IMG/VR virus record: IMGVR_UViG_3300010376_000003
Span: 1 to 64,000 of that record
DNA length: 64,000 nucleotides
Strand: one strand, 5' to 3'
From: a virus
Below are positions 7,581 through 15,675 of the stretch, in pieces. Under the pieces are notes generated by a model, which saw nothing but the letters and a program-made list of their open reading frames with translations, had not been told where the DNA came from and did not search any database. Each line of letters starts with the position of its first letter. Position 1 is the stretch's first letter. A program made the position numbers and the translations under genes.

Positions 7581-9792
7581 CGTCGGCCTCCAGGTCGTCG
7601 GCCTCTTCGGCCGTCGTGGGTGAATTCCGGTAGTCGGGGATCGGCTGGCTCTTCTCCTGGTTCAGGTGGTCGAGCGCGGCGCGGCGGCGGCGCCGCTCGG
7701 CGATCGGTTCGATCTCGCCGCCGGCCATGCGCCAGGCGACGTAGTAGCCGATGGCCGAGGCCATGACGCAGTCGTCGTGCTGCCCGCGCGCGGCTTCGGC
7801 CTCGCCGATGGTGGTCTGGGTGATGAAGTGGCGCAGCTCCCCGCGGGTGATGGGCGAATTCAGGATGAGGTCGGGGAGCTTGGAGATCTCGTCAAAGGCG
7901 GTGATCGCGCCGTGATAACTGGCGAGCAGGAGCGGCCGGGTGCGCGGCGAGGTCGACCACCCGATGCGCGTCGAGAAGCGCCGCTCGGCTGAGGCCGCGT
8001 CCGCGTATTCCCAGACGTAGAAGTGGGCGTAGCCCAGGTGGAGTTGGAGCGTGTCCTGGGTGGCGAGCCCGTGGTTGTTGGTCTCGATCGCCGCCATCGC
8101 CTCGACGCCGTCCTCGTCGCAGTAGTAGCGCCCGATCGCGTCGCAGATATAGGCAAGGGCTTTCGGGTCGAGCCGGTTGGTCACATACTGCGCGACCTGC
8201 TCGGCCGGCTCCTCGATCGTCGGGTGCCGAATGACGTCGATGACCGAGTAGTCGAGGCCGAGCCCGTCGGAGACGTCCACGCCCATGACGTAGCGCCGGT
8301 GGCCGCGCACCCGCGGGTACTCCCAGATGGCGAGCGCGGAGTGGCGCAGCGAGGGCATCGCCTTCAGCTGGGAGGGCGTGAGGCGGCGGAAGCCGTAGCC
8401 TGGCGGCACCGGGTTGGTGTCGTGCTGGATGGTGGTGCCGAAGCGCGACTCGTGCGGCGCGAGCGGCGGGATGACCCGCTTGGCTTGGAGATCGGGCGAG
8501 AGTCTGCTCTCGCCCTCGCCTCGGCGCAGCGCCGCGATCTCCAGCGCGGGCTCGACAGCCCAGACGTCGCGCAGCGGCCGGCGCGACCCAGCGCGGTCGA
8601 TCTGTTCGAGCTGGTCGAGGGTGAAGACCGAACGCCCCGCGTACTGGAAGCACTCCTGGTCGTCGGCTGGATACTCCTTCAGGAATTTGTATAACTGCCC
8701 CTTCTTCTCGTAGAAGGCGCGCGTACGCTCATACCAATAGAGCTGGTCGCGAGAGAGCGTGACCGTCTTCCCGAACCACTTCGGACTATCCCGCTCGCAC
8801 TTCTCGGCGTGCGCGGTGGTGGTGGAGCTAGGTGACCAGTCGATAGGTGCCGGCAGACTGTACTTACTCGGCTCCGCGCTCCAGGGGATGAAGATGTTAC
8901 TGAAGCGTCCCTCCCCTTCCCCGCTGGCGAGCCAGTGCTTGTGCCACCAGTCACCGGCAAACTCCGCGGTGGCTTCGTAGAGGACCAGCGTATCCGCCGA
9001 GTAGGGAATAGCCGGGAGGAGCGCGGTGTCGAGCTGCTCGGGGTTCTCCCAGGTGGGGAGTTCGGAGATATGGACGACCGAATAGGTCTGGCCGCGACCG
9101 ATCGAGCCCTTCGAGCCTTCCAGGCCGCTCACACTCTGGAGCGCCCCGCGGGTCGACTTCCCCCAGGCGGTTTTCAGGAAGCAGTCGTTGGTGAGGGTCA
9201 GCTCGCGGTTTTTGACGAAGTAGGTCTTCTCAGGCCGCAGGAACCAGGGCAGCTGGTCGTAGATCCGCACGACCATGCGAAAGAGATAGCCCGCCTGCTC
9301 CTCAACGTCCGCACCCGAGAGAGCGCGGATGTGCGGCCGGGTGACCAGGCGGTGCGCGACCAGGGCCTCGGCGAGGGTCGAGACCCCGAGCTGCCGCGCC
9401 TTGAGGACGTTGAGGAGCAGCCCGTCGGGGTTGTCGGTTTCGACGTGCGCCATCTCCAGGCGCGCGAGCTGGTCGAGCACCAGGCGCTGCGACTCCCACA
9501 GCGGGCAGAGGGGCCGGAGCCCGTGGCCTTCTTTGTCGATCCAGACGAAGCGCTCGGCGAAGTAGGGGAAGTCGTAGGCGATGCGGACCTGGGTCGAGCG
9601 AACGAAGTGGGTTTCCTCCTGGGTGAGGGGACGGATCTCTTTGCCCGCTTCCTCGTCGAAGGTCGCCATGACCTGCGCGGTCAGGGCGGCCGAGTCGGCG
9701 ACCGAGTAGCGCGGCATGGCGGTCTTGAACACCTTCTGGTAGGCGATCGAGACCTCCTCCTCGTCTTCGGCGATGAGGTCGGGATGGTACAT
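7492..9792 (-). CDS. terL: terminase large subunit (766 aa)
   Basis: Walker-A-like LKARQLGVSTL, Walker-B-like YSVVHISELPTW, and a C-terminal nuclease-like YVMGVDVSDGLGLDYSVIDVI. The size and its position directly after the small-terminase candidate also fit. Confidence 0.85.
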   Translation of the reverse strand: MYHPDLIAEDEEEVSIAYQKVFKTAMPRYSVADSAALTAQVMATFDEEAGKEIRPLTQEETHFVRSTQVRIAYDFPYFAERFVWIDKEGHGLRPLCPLWESQRLVLDQLARLEMAHVETDNPDGLLLNVLKARQLGVSTLAEALVAHRLVTRPHIRALSGADVEEQAGYLFRMVVRIYDQLPWFLRPEKTYFVKNRELTLTNDCFLKTAWGKSTRGALQSVSGLEGSKGSIGRGQTYSVVHISELPTWENPEQLDTALLPAIPYSADTLVLYEATAEFAGDWWHKHWLASGEGEGRFSNIFIPWSAEPSKYSLPAPIDWSPSSTTTAHAEKCERDSPKWFGKTVTLSRDQLYWYERTRAFYEKKGQLYKFLKEYPADDQECFQYAGRSVFTLDQLEQIDRAGSRRPLRDVWAVEPALEIAALRRGEGESRLSPDLQAKRVIPPLAPHESRFGTTIQHDTNPVPPGYGFRRLTPSQLKAMPSLRHSALAIWEYPRVRGHRRYVMGVDVSDGLGLDYSVIDVIRHPTIEEPAEQVAQYVTNRLDPKALAYICDAIGRYYCDEDGVEAMAAIETNNHGLATQDTLQLHLGYAHFYVWEYADAASAERRFSTRIGWSTSPRTRPLLLASYHGAITAFDEISKLPDLILNSPITRGELRHFITQTTIGEAEAARGQHDDCVMASAIGYYVAWRMAGGEIEPIAERRRRRAALDHLNQEKSQPIPDYRNSPTTAEEADDLEADDADSLADDPYALSADSDSAGLYFDDRSRA

Positions 9793-9793
9793 G

Positions 9794-10705
9794 TCAGGTT
9801 CGTCGGGTGGTCAATGTCTCGTCCTCCTCTTCGTTGTCGTCGTCGTTGCCGTCGGGGTCGGCCGGCTCTTCGCGCGGCAGGTCGATGACGTGCGGGTCGG
9901 TGTAGGGCAGCGGCACGTCCTCTTCCTGCGGGCGCGGTGGGTGGCTGCCGGGAGCGAGCGCCGGGCTCGCCTTGCGGCGCCGCTTCGGGTCGAAGAGCAG
10001 CTCGCCGACCGCCTGGTGCAGCTGTTCGAGCGTACCGGTGCTCTGCACGACGGCGGCGGTCGTCGCGGCCGGCGCGGAGATGGCGGTGTTCTGGTTCACG
10101 ACAATCCCTCGCTTCTCGATGAGCCCGGCGAGTTCGAGCGCGAGCCGCTGCCGGGCGATGTCAGGGTCTTTGAGCATCTGGCCTGTGCCACCACAGAAGG
10201 GACAGGCGGCGACCTTGGCCTCGTGGTCGCGACACTCGGGGCACGGGATGGCGATGGGCGCGGCCCGCATCATCACGTCCTCGACCACCGGGATGACCTT
10301 GCCGGCGATGATGTGAATCGCCTGGATGTGCGCCGCGACGATCGCCGCCTTCTTGTAGGCCGCCAGGAGGTGCGCGATGGTGATGCCGGCCTTCTCGCAG
10401 AGGCGCCGCAGGCTCAGGTGCTCGTACTCCGGGTTGAGGAGGAGCGCGATGATCTGGTCGCCTTCGCCGGTGGCATCGGCGAGGCTGAGGAGGTCGACCA
10501 GGCGCTGGCGCCCGCCGATCTGCGACACGAAGACGTCCACCCCGTCGCCTGAGAGTTCGCGCTCGATGGCGGTGAGGCGGGTTTCGAGCGGACGGGTGGT
10601 GGTGGCGGCCGGCGCCAGGCGCCGCAGGATCTGGCGGGTCGCGTGTGCCTTCGGCGGTTTGGGCTTGGCGCGGGGCGGAACGCCTTCGTGAGCCTGGATA
10701 GCCAT
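9794..10705 (-). CDS. terminase small subunit candidate with DnaJ-type zinc finger (303 aa)
   Basis: Internal ATG at 10705 (MAIQAHEGVPP...) preceded by GAGGAGGAG. HTH-like LSLRRLCEKAGITIAHLLAAYKK. CPECRDHEAKVAACPFCGGTG. Its stop is 2 nt before the terL ATG. The function call is positional. Confidence 0.5.
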   Translation of the reverse strand: MAIQAHEGVPPRAKPKPPKAHATRQILRRLAPAATTTRPLETRLTAIERELSGDGVDVFVSQIGGRQRLVDLLSLADATGEGDQIIALLLNPEYEHLSLRRLCEKAGITIAHLLAAYKKAAIVAAHIQAIHIIAGKVIPVVEDVMMRAAPIAIPCPECRDHEAKVAACPFCGGTGQMLKDPDIARQRLALELAGLIEKRGIVVNQNTAISAPAATTAAVVQSTGTLEQLHQAVGELLFDPKRRRKASPALAPGSHPPRPQEEDVPLPYTDPHVIDLPREEPADPDGNDDDNEEEDETLTTRRT

Positions 10706-10715
10706 CTCCTCCTCG

Positions 10716-11081
10716 TCACCAGTTCCGGTCGGCGGAGAGTCGAGCGAGTTCGGCGTCGCGCTCGGCGAGTCGGCGGTGGAGGTCGACGGTCTTCTCGTCG
10801 CCGAGGTGGACGAGGATCTCGTCGTCGTCGGGGATGTGGCCGGTGTCGCGGGTGGTGCGCTCGACGTAGTCCTGGGCGAGCTGGAGGTCGATCGGGTCCG
10901 CGAAGCTGACCTCCGTCTCGGCCTGGACGACGGTGCGTTCGGGCGGCGCTCCACTGTGCCCTGTGACGTGATCTGCCAGTCGTGTAAGCGCAGCGGCTTG
11001 GGCTTCGAGGGCGGCACGGATGGCGGTGACCTCACGGCTGAGCGCGCGGAGATAGAAGAAGCTGGTCAGGCGCTTCAGCAC
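10716..11081 (-). CDS. hypothetical protein (121 aa), first gene of the packaging operon
   Basis: Track ORF with a GTG start and no obvious SD. Coiled-coil-like sequence (EVTAIRAALEAQAAALTRLADHV...). Confidence 0.45.
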   Translation of the reverse strand: MLKRLTSFFYLRALSREVTAIRAALEAQAAALTRLADHVTGHSGAPPERTVVQAETEVSFADPIDLQLAQDYVERTTRDTGHIPDDDEILVHLGDEKTVDLHRRLAERDAELARLSADRNW

Positions 11082-11103
11082 GCGAGTAAGCTACGCACGG
11101 GGT

Positions 11104-11126
11104 GGGGGATCTTGTCTAGATCCCCC
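11104..11126. promoter_or_regulatory. 9-bp perfect inverted repeat GGGGGATCT-N5-AGATCCCCC in the divergent intergenic region
   Basis: Read directly. It lies in the ~50-bp gap between divergent genes 10716..11081 (-) and 11132..11551 (+). Operator candidate. Confidence 0.4.
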
Positions 11127-11131
11127 TGGCT

Positions 11132-11551
11132 GTGGAGACTCGTTCCCGGATGCTCACAACCCGCCTGTTGCCACCCGAGGAATGGGACAAGCTCGACGAC
11201 ATCGAGCCCTACAAGAGCAAGGGGCTCCCTGGCGACCCGAGCGAGTGGCGCATCGTGGTCGTCGAGCGAGGCGGCGCGGTGGTCGGCACCTGCGCCTTCT
11301 TCACCGCGGTCCACTGGGACAACTGGTGGATTGCCCCCGAGAGCCGAGGCAAGGGAAGCGTGCTCTTGGAGCTGCTCCGCGCCTCCGACAAGCTGCTCGA
11401 AGGGAGCGGCATCGAGACCGTCTACTGCGGCGCCGAGCAGGGGAACGACGCGGCGAGCGACCTGCTCGTCCATTTCGGGTTCCTGCCGACGATTGGGAAG
11501 CTGTTCGTGTTGGATGTGACTGCCGCGCTGCTGCGGCGCAAGGAGGCCTGA
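11132..11551 (+). CDS. GNAT-family N-acetyltransferase-like protein (139 aa; alternative start 11150)
   Basis: IVVVERGGAVVGTCAFF...WWIAPESRGKGSVLLELL matches the GNAT beta4-alpha3 R/Q-x-x-G-x-G/A motif. The size is typical. Confidence 0.6.
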   Translation: METRSRMLTTRLLPPEEWDKLDDIEPYKSKGLPGDPSEWRIVVVERGGAVVGTCAFFTAVHWDNWWIAPESRGKGSVLLELLRASDKLLEGSGIETVYCGAEQGNDAASDLLVHFGFLPTIGKLFVLDVTAALLRRKEA

Positions 11552-11552
11552 G

Positions 11553-12374
11553 ATGGGAACGCTGTCGACCACGATGGGCAGCCTGGCCGGGAGCGCCGGG
11601 AAGATGCCGGGGATGGGCGCCCTGACCGGCGGAGTGAACCAGATGGCGCGCCCGATGATGGGCGCCATGGGCGGGCTGCAGCCAGGCCAGACCAAGCTCC
11701 CCGCGGGTGCTGGCGGCGGCTTGCCGACCGCGATGTCGACGACGCCGGGTGCGGCGCCGGTCGCGGCAGCTGCGGGCGCGGTGCAGAACGCGGCTGGCGG
11801 GCAGGGTGGTCCGCAGACGGCGAAGCCGCAGCAGCCGGGGGCGCAGCAGCCGCCGACCGGATTTGCCCCGCAGACCGGGATGCAGGTCGGCCCCTGGGGC
11901 GGCTCGGTGGGCGCGGGCGGCATCTTCGGCGGGCTGCTGCGCGGCTTCCCTGGGAACGGGATGGGCGCGCCGCAGGTCCAGCCTGGCAGCCAGGGACAGG
12001 TCACCGGCCGCACGGCCATGGGCCAGGGCGCGCCGAACCCGCGGATGGGGTGGATGGGCGGCCAGCCGCAGGCGAAGACCGGGATGGGCTCGCCCTGGGC
12101 CCAGCCACCCCAGACGACGAGCGGGACACCGGTGACGCCGCCAGGTGCGGGCGGCGGGATGATCGGCGGCGGCGGTCAGCAGGGCGGCCCGGCAGCTGGC
12201 GGCGGCCAGCCCGGCGCGGCACAGTCAGGCGCGCTCGCCAACCCGTGGCAGCAGGCCAACCCCTGGCAGCAGCCGGGCGGAGCGCCCGTGCAGCATCTCT
12301 TCAGCGGGATGCCGGTGCAGGGGCAGCCGATGGCCGGCTTCACGCCGATGGCGCCCTCCGGTCAGCCGCAGTAG
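11553..12374 (+). CDS. low-complexity Gly/Gln/Pro/Met-rich protein (273 aa)
   Basis: ATG lies one nt after the upstream TGA (TGAGATG). The frame stays open to 5 nt before the next gene. No ordered domain is visible. Repeated ANPWQQ at the C-terminus. Confidence 0.5.
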   Translation: MGTLSTTMGSLAGSAGKMPGMGALTGGVNQMARPMMGAMGGLQPGQTKLPAGAGGGLPTAMSTTPGAAPVAAAAGAVQNAAGGQGGPQTAKPQQPGAQQPPTGFAPQTGMQVGPWGGSVGAGGIFGGLLRGFPGNGMGAPQVQPGSQGQVTGRTAMGQGAPNPRMGWMGGQPQAKTGMGSPWAQPPQTTSGTPVTPPGAGGGMIGGGGQQGGPAAGGGQPGAAQSGALANPWQQANPWQQPGGAPVQHLFSGMPVQGQPMAGFTPMAPSGQPQ

Positions 12375-12379
12375 GGCCG

Positions 12380-12739
12380 ATGCGTGTCGCCATCGTCGGG
12401 TCACGAAGCTGGACGGACCTCGCCGCAGTACAGCACGTCATCGAGACGCTGGAGCCTGACGACGTCGTCATCAGTGGTGGAGCGCGCGGAGTCGACACCA
12501 TGGCCGTCGAGGCGGCACGCGCCCGCGGGCTGGCCGTCGAAGTGTATCCGGCCGACTGGGATCGGTTCGGGCGGTCGGCTGGGTTCCGGCGCAACGCGAC
12601 GATCGTCGAGCGGGCTGAACGGGTGGTCGCCCTCTGGGACGGACTGTCGCGCGGCACCGCGCATACCATCCGGCTCGCCAAGTTAGCCGGAAAACCGGTC
12701 CTGGTCGTCCTGCCCACACCGAACACAGGAAGTTCGTAG
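12380..12739 (+). CDS. DUF2493 / SLOG-superfamily protein (119 aa)
   Basis: Internal ATG at 12380: MRVAIVGSRSWTD...VVISGGARGVDTMAVEAARARGL...PADWDRFGRSAGFRRNATIVERAERVVALWDGLSRGTAH. This matches the DUF2493 pattern (GSR...GGA.G.D...DW...AG..RN). Confidence 0.75.
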   Translation: MRVAIVGSRSWTDLAAVQHVIETLEPDDVVISGGARGVDTMAVEAARARGLAVEVYPADWDRFGRSAGFRRNATIVERAERVVALWDGLSRGTAHTIRLAKLAGKPVLVVLPTPNTGSS

Positions 12740-12744
12740 ACCGC

Positions 12745-12930
12745 ATGCCAGTCAATCCCCGCCTCGTCGAGCGGGTGCTTCGGAGGCGAATGATGGTGCT
12801 CTCAGTGACCGTGCTGCTGCTGCTCGCCGCCTTCGTGGTGACCGTGCTGTCGGCCATTGGCCGCGCGCCGCTCTGGATTGCGGTGCTGCTCCTGGTCGTC
12901 CTGGGACTGCTCGGCGTGCTTCCGCGGTAA
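12745..12930 (+). CDS. small membrane protein, two predicted TM helices (61 aa)
   Basis: MMVLSVTVLLLLAAFVVTVLSAIG and LWIAVLLLVVLGLLGVL are hydrophobic stretches. Starts 6 nt after the upstream stop. Confidence 0.55.
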   Translation: MPVNPRLVERVLRRRMMVLSVTVLLLLAAFVVTVLSAIGRAPLWIAVLLLVVLGLLGVLPR

Positions 12931-13035
12931 ACTCGGCACGCCGCGTAAAGGGAACTTCGCGCGGAAAAGAAGTGAGGCTCAGCTCTCGGGGGAGGCGGCT
13001 GGGCCTTTTCTCTGTACCGGCGTGGGTGCGCACGT

Positions 13036-13076
13036 GTGCCATGGCGCACTGTTGGCACTTGGATGGCACTTGGCAC
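13036..13076. repeat. cluster of TGGCAC motifs (3 direct, 1 inverted)
   Basis: GTGCCA at 13036; TGGCAC at 13053, 13064 and 13071. All lie in the 236-bp convergent intergenic region. Confidence 0.6.
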
Positions 13077-13166
13077 TCTGGCCGATTTGACATGGTTTTA
13101 CCCCTTCCGAGGCCCGGTTCGACACCGAAACCAGGGGGAAACCCACTGCGCCGGATTGTGCGGTCC

Positions 13167-13421
13167 TCAGCTCTCCCGCGGCGGGCGTGGCCTGTTGTCC
13201 CGCACATGCGTCAGCCAGGCGCGGTGTCCCGGGCTGAGCGCCTGCCACTCCTTGTTGGTGAGCCGCCGCAGACCGCCCTCGATGACCACGAGATAGGTTC
13301 CGCAGTAGGCGCAGATGGAGAAGTCCCCTGGCGCGGGCGCCTCGGGACCGCCGGCAAAGCCGGTCATCGGCTCTCCGCAGCTCGGGCAGCAGCCGAGGTC
13401 GAGGACGTGGAGGTCAGCCAC
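13167..13421 (-). CDS. zinc-ribbon protein (84 aa)
   Basis: Contains CPSCGEP...CAYCGTY. Last gene of a three-gene minus-strand operon. Confidence 0.6.
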   Translation of the reverse strand: MADLHVLDLGCCPSCGEPMTGFAGGPEAPAPGDFSICAYCGTYLVVIEGGLRRLTNKEWQALSPGHRAWLTHVRDNRPRPPRES

Positions 13422-13434
13422 AGTGCGGCTCCTT

Positions 13435-13836
13435 TCAAGAGGGCCAGCTGGTGCCGCGCGTCCCCTGACGGATCTCCCGCAGCTGCAGCAGCAGCCGTCC
13501 CTGGCCGGCGGCGTCCAGTCCGACTCGCTGGAGTAGGGTGACGAACATCTCGTCTGACATCGCGGCCTCGGCGGCCTCGATGAGCATCAGGCCAATCTCG
13601 CGCGCCTTGGCTGGCTCCATCTGCGACCGCTCATCGTTCAGGGTGAAGTCGACGTGTCCCTTGCCCGACTGCGCGCCGAAGCCGCTGGCGACCGTCACCT
13701 CGTCCAGTTCCCGCTCGGACTTGCGGTCGATGACCGCCTCGGCCTGCGCGCGGAACTTCTCGACCAGGCTGCGGCTGGCGCCGACGGCTTGGAGCATCCC
13801 GAGCACTTCTTCGAGGACGAGAACTTTGCGACTCAT
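13435..13836 (-). CDS. hypothetical protein (133 aa)
   Basis: Track ORF with balanced composition. Starts 2 nt after the upstream stop. Confidence 0.6.
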   Translation of the reverse strand: MSRKVLVLEEVLGMLQAVGASRSLVEKFRAQAEAVIDRKSERELDEVTVASGFGAQSGKGHVDFTLNDERSQMEPAKAREIGLMLIEAAEAAMSDEMFVTLLQRVGLDAAGQGRLLLQLREIRQGTRGTSWPS

Positions 13837-13837
13837 T

Positions 13838-14074
13838 TCAGTGTGGCTCCTCGGCCGAAGGGACCGACTGCTGTTTCCGCGCGTCGAGCTGCTGGCGTGC
13901 CTGCCGGATGACTTCGACCCAGTCGACCGTGGCGTAGTCGAGCGACTCCTCGCCCAGGGCGTCCTGGATGCGCCTGAGGAGTGCCAGGTCGTGGCGGCGG
14001 TTCTCGGCGGAGAGGCCGAGGAGCAGGAGGGTTCTGCCGTCTTTCAGTGGGGAGGTGGCGATAAACATATGCAT
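13838..14074 (-). CDS. hypothetical protein (78 aa), N-terminus paralogous to 25046..25291
   Basis: MHMFIATSPLKDGRTLLLLGLSAENRR resembles MFIANAHLDDDKLLLILGLSRRNRE. The start lies inside an ATGCATATG motif. Confidence 0.55.
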   Translation of the reverse strand: MHMFIATSPLKDGRTLLLLGLSAENRRHDLALLRRIQDALGEESLDYATVDWVEVIRQARQQLDARKQQSVPSAEEPH

Positions 14075-14725
14075 GTCAGGGTAGCCGAGAGCCGGCCGAC
14101 AGGTGTGAAAAAATTTTTCGGCACGCGCACCGCAGCGCCATGACCTGGTGTCATGTCACTGATTGACGTCATCCAGGGCGGTCGCGGTCTCCGTCTGGCG
14201 GCGGCCGCAGGATGCTCCAATTTTTCCGCAAAATTTTTTATTGCTGCGTCCGAACGGGCCCGTACACGCACCACGCCCTACGGCCTCGCGGACAATGACG
14301 CCGACATCGACGCCCTGAGGCGTCGCTGTCGCCCTCGCCGTCAGCTCCAGGCCCGCTGCAGCTGCAGGCGACGGCTGGCAGCGGCAGGCGGCCGGCAGCT
14401 GGTGGCGCTGCGCGCGGTCGTCGTTCCTGGCGCCTCCTGGCGCCGCTGGCGCGCCTCGACGCGCGTCCCTGGAGCGGTCGAGCGCCCTCGACGCCACCAG
14501 CTGAGGCGGCCCGCCGCCGGCAGCTGCAGGGGCTGAAACCGACCCGGTACAAGCGCCCTCTGTACAAGCCCTGCCGCTAACTGCTGCAGCTGCTGTACTT
14601 GCAGCCAGTGACCTCGTGCTAGCCAAGCACGAGATCGGTACACTCCAGGCCTGTTTTTACGGCTTCCTGACGAAACTAGACCAGCTCGACCACTACATGT
14701 CGTGGTGCCGCTACTGTTGTGCTAC

Positions 14726-14756
14726 CAAAGCTTGTAGCTTGCAAAGCTTCAAAGCG
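14726..14756. repeat. CAAAGC hexamer array (3 copies, spacing 16 and 8 nt)
   Basis: CAAAGCTT at 14726 and 14742; CAAAGCG at 14750. The complementary GCTTTG array is at 24142-24180. Confidence 0.6.
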
Positions 14757-15274
14757 TCAAACTACGATTGTCGTGTTAGTTCGGTGCGGCGGCGCGGCAA
14801 GGTAGGTAGCCGCCGGGTTTGGTTAGGCCAGCCCGAAGCCAGCCGATTGACAACAGAAGAGGCAAGCGAAGCGGGGAAGCCGCGATGGGCAGCTGGTGAC
14901 AGCAGCTGACCGGAGCAGTCGACCGCTGAGGCAGAGCTGCTAAACCCAGGCGATGACTGCAAACCCCCTGGAACCGTGGTCGGTGACCGGCAGCCAGCGA
15001 AGAGACCGTCAGGCCCCCTTGGGCTAAACCCGGTCCCCCTCAGCTGACAGACAGAGAGTGGATAGGCCCGCAGAGCGAACCGACGACCGGATGCCAGATA
15101 CCAGGGACGCACACCCCAGGCAGAGCACCACCGGCTGCTACGGCCAGCAATGGCCGACCCCCGACAGCCAGAGACGACGGCGAGCGCACGGCTGAAGCGC
15201 TCCAAGGCGGTTCTGGCACCCCGACTACGGCAGATGTTCTGCCGCCAGCCGCTGGGCACTCGACAGCAGCTGCC

Positions 15275-15296
15275 GGGAGCACATCCGCTCCGACCA
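15275..15296 (+). promoter_or_regulatory. conserved 22-mer GGGAGCACATCCGCTCCGACCA, copy 1
   Basis: Identical to 15603-15624. Contains the hairpin GGAGC-ACATCC-GCTCC. Lies 19 nt upstream of ATG 15315. Confidence 0.5.
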
Positions 15297-15314
15297 CGAA
15301 AGGACAGACACACC

Positions 15315-15542
15315 ATGACCGTAACGACCGTCGACCGTCCCTACTTGATGACCCTGCCGCAGCGCGGTTACGGGATCAGCTTCCCGCTGAGTTCGACCGA
15401 AGCGCAGGAAATGCTCGACCACAACCCGGTCATCACGGCCACCCGTGAGCGGGTGGTGCTGCACGACGTCAACAATGCCCGGTGGATCGAGCTGACGCCT
15501 GCCACGCTAGGCGGCGGCGCGGCGTTCGTCCTCACCCGCTAG
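15315..15542 (+). CDS. hypothetical protein (75 aa)
   Basis: Internal ATG of track ORF 15150..15542 with AAAGGA upstream. Sequence MTVTTVDRPYLMTLPQRGYGISFPLSSTEAQEML... Confidence 0.55.
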   Translation: MTVTTVDRPYLMTLPQRGYGISFPLSSTEAQEMLDHNPVITATRERVVLHDVNNARWIELTPATLGGGAAFVLTR

Positions 15543-15602
15543 ATCCTGAGGCAGACCACCCCCGGCGGGTGTCCTGCCCTGCCTCCCTCCTGAGGGCTGC
15601 AG

Positions 15603-15624
15603 GGGAGCACATCCGCTCCGACCA
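15603..15624 (+). promoter_or_regulatory. conserved 22-mer GGGAGCACATCCGCTCCGACCA, copy 2
   Basis: Identical to 15275-15296. Lies 52 nt upstream of ATG 15676. Confidence 0.5.
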
Positions 15625-15675
15625 GACAAACCAGTCAACCAGCCCCCTGAGGGGGCAGAAGAGAGCACAGACACC

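Noticed and set aside
13100-13135. GGTTCGACACC, a T-loop-like sequence suggesting a tRNA gene or att remnant.
   Set aside because: The flanking bases do not form a T-stem (CCCGG vs CCGAA), and no acceptor or anticodon arms can be drawn.
14616-14909. 97-aa plus-strand ORF (MLAKHEIGTLQACFYGFLTKLDQ...) inside the large noncoding region.
   Set aside because: It has no SD and its start lies inside a perfect hairpin. The second half is Arg/Gly/Ser-rich. It spans the CAAAGC repeat array. Kept only as a possibility under the noncoding-region finding.
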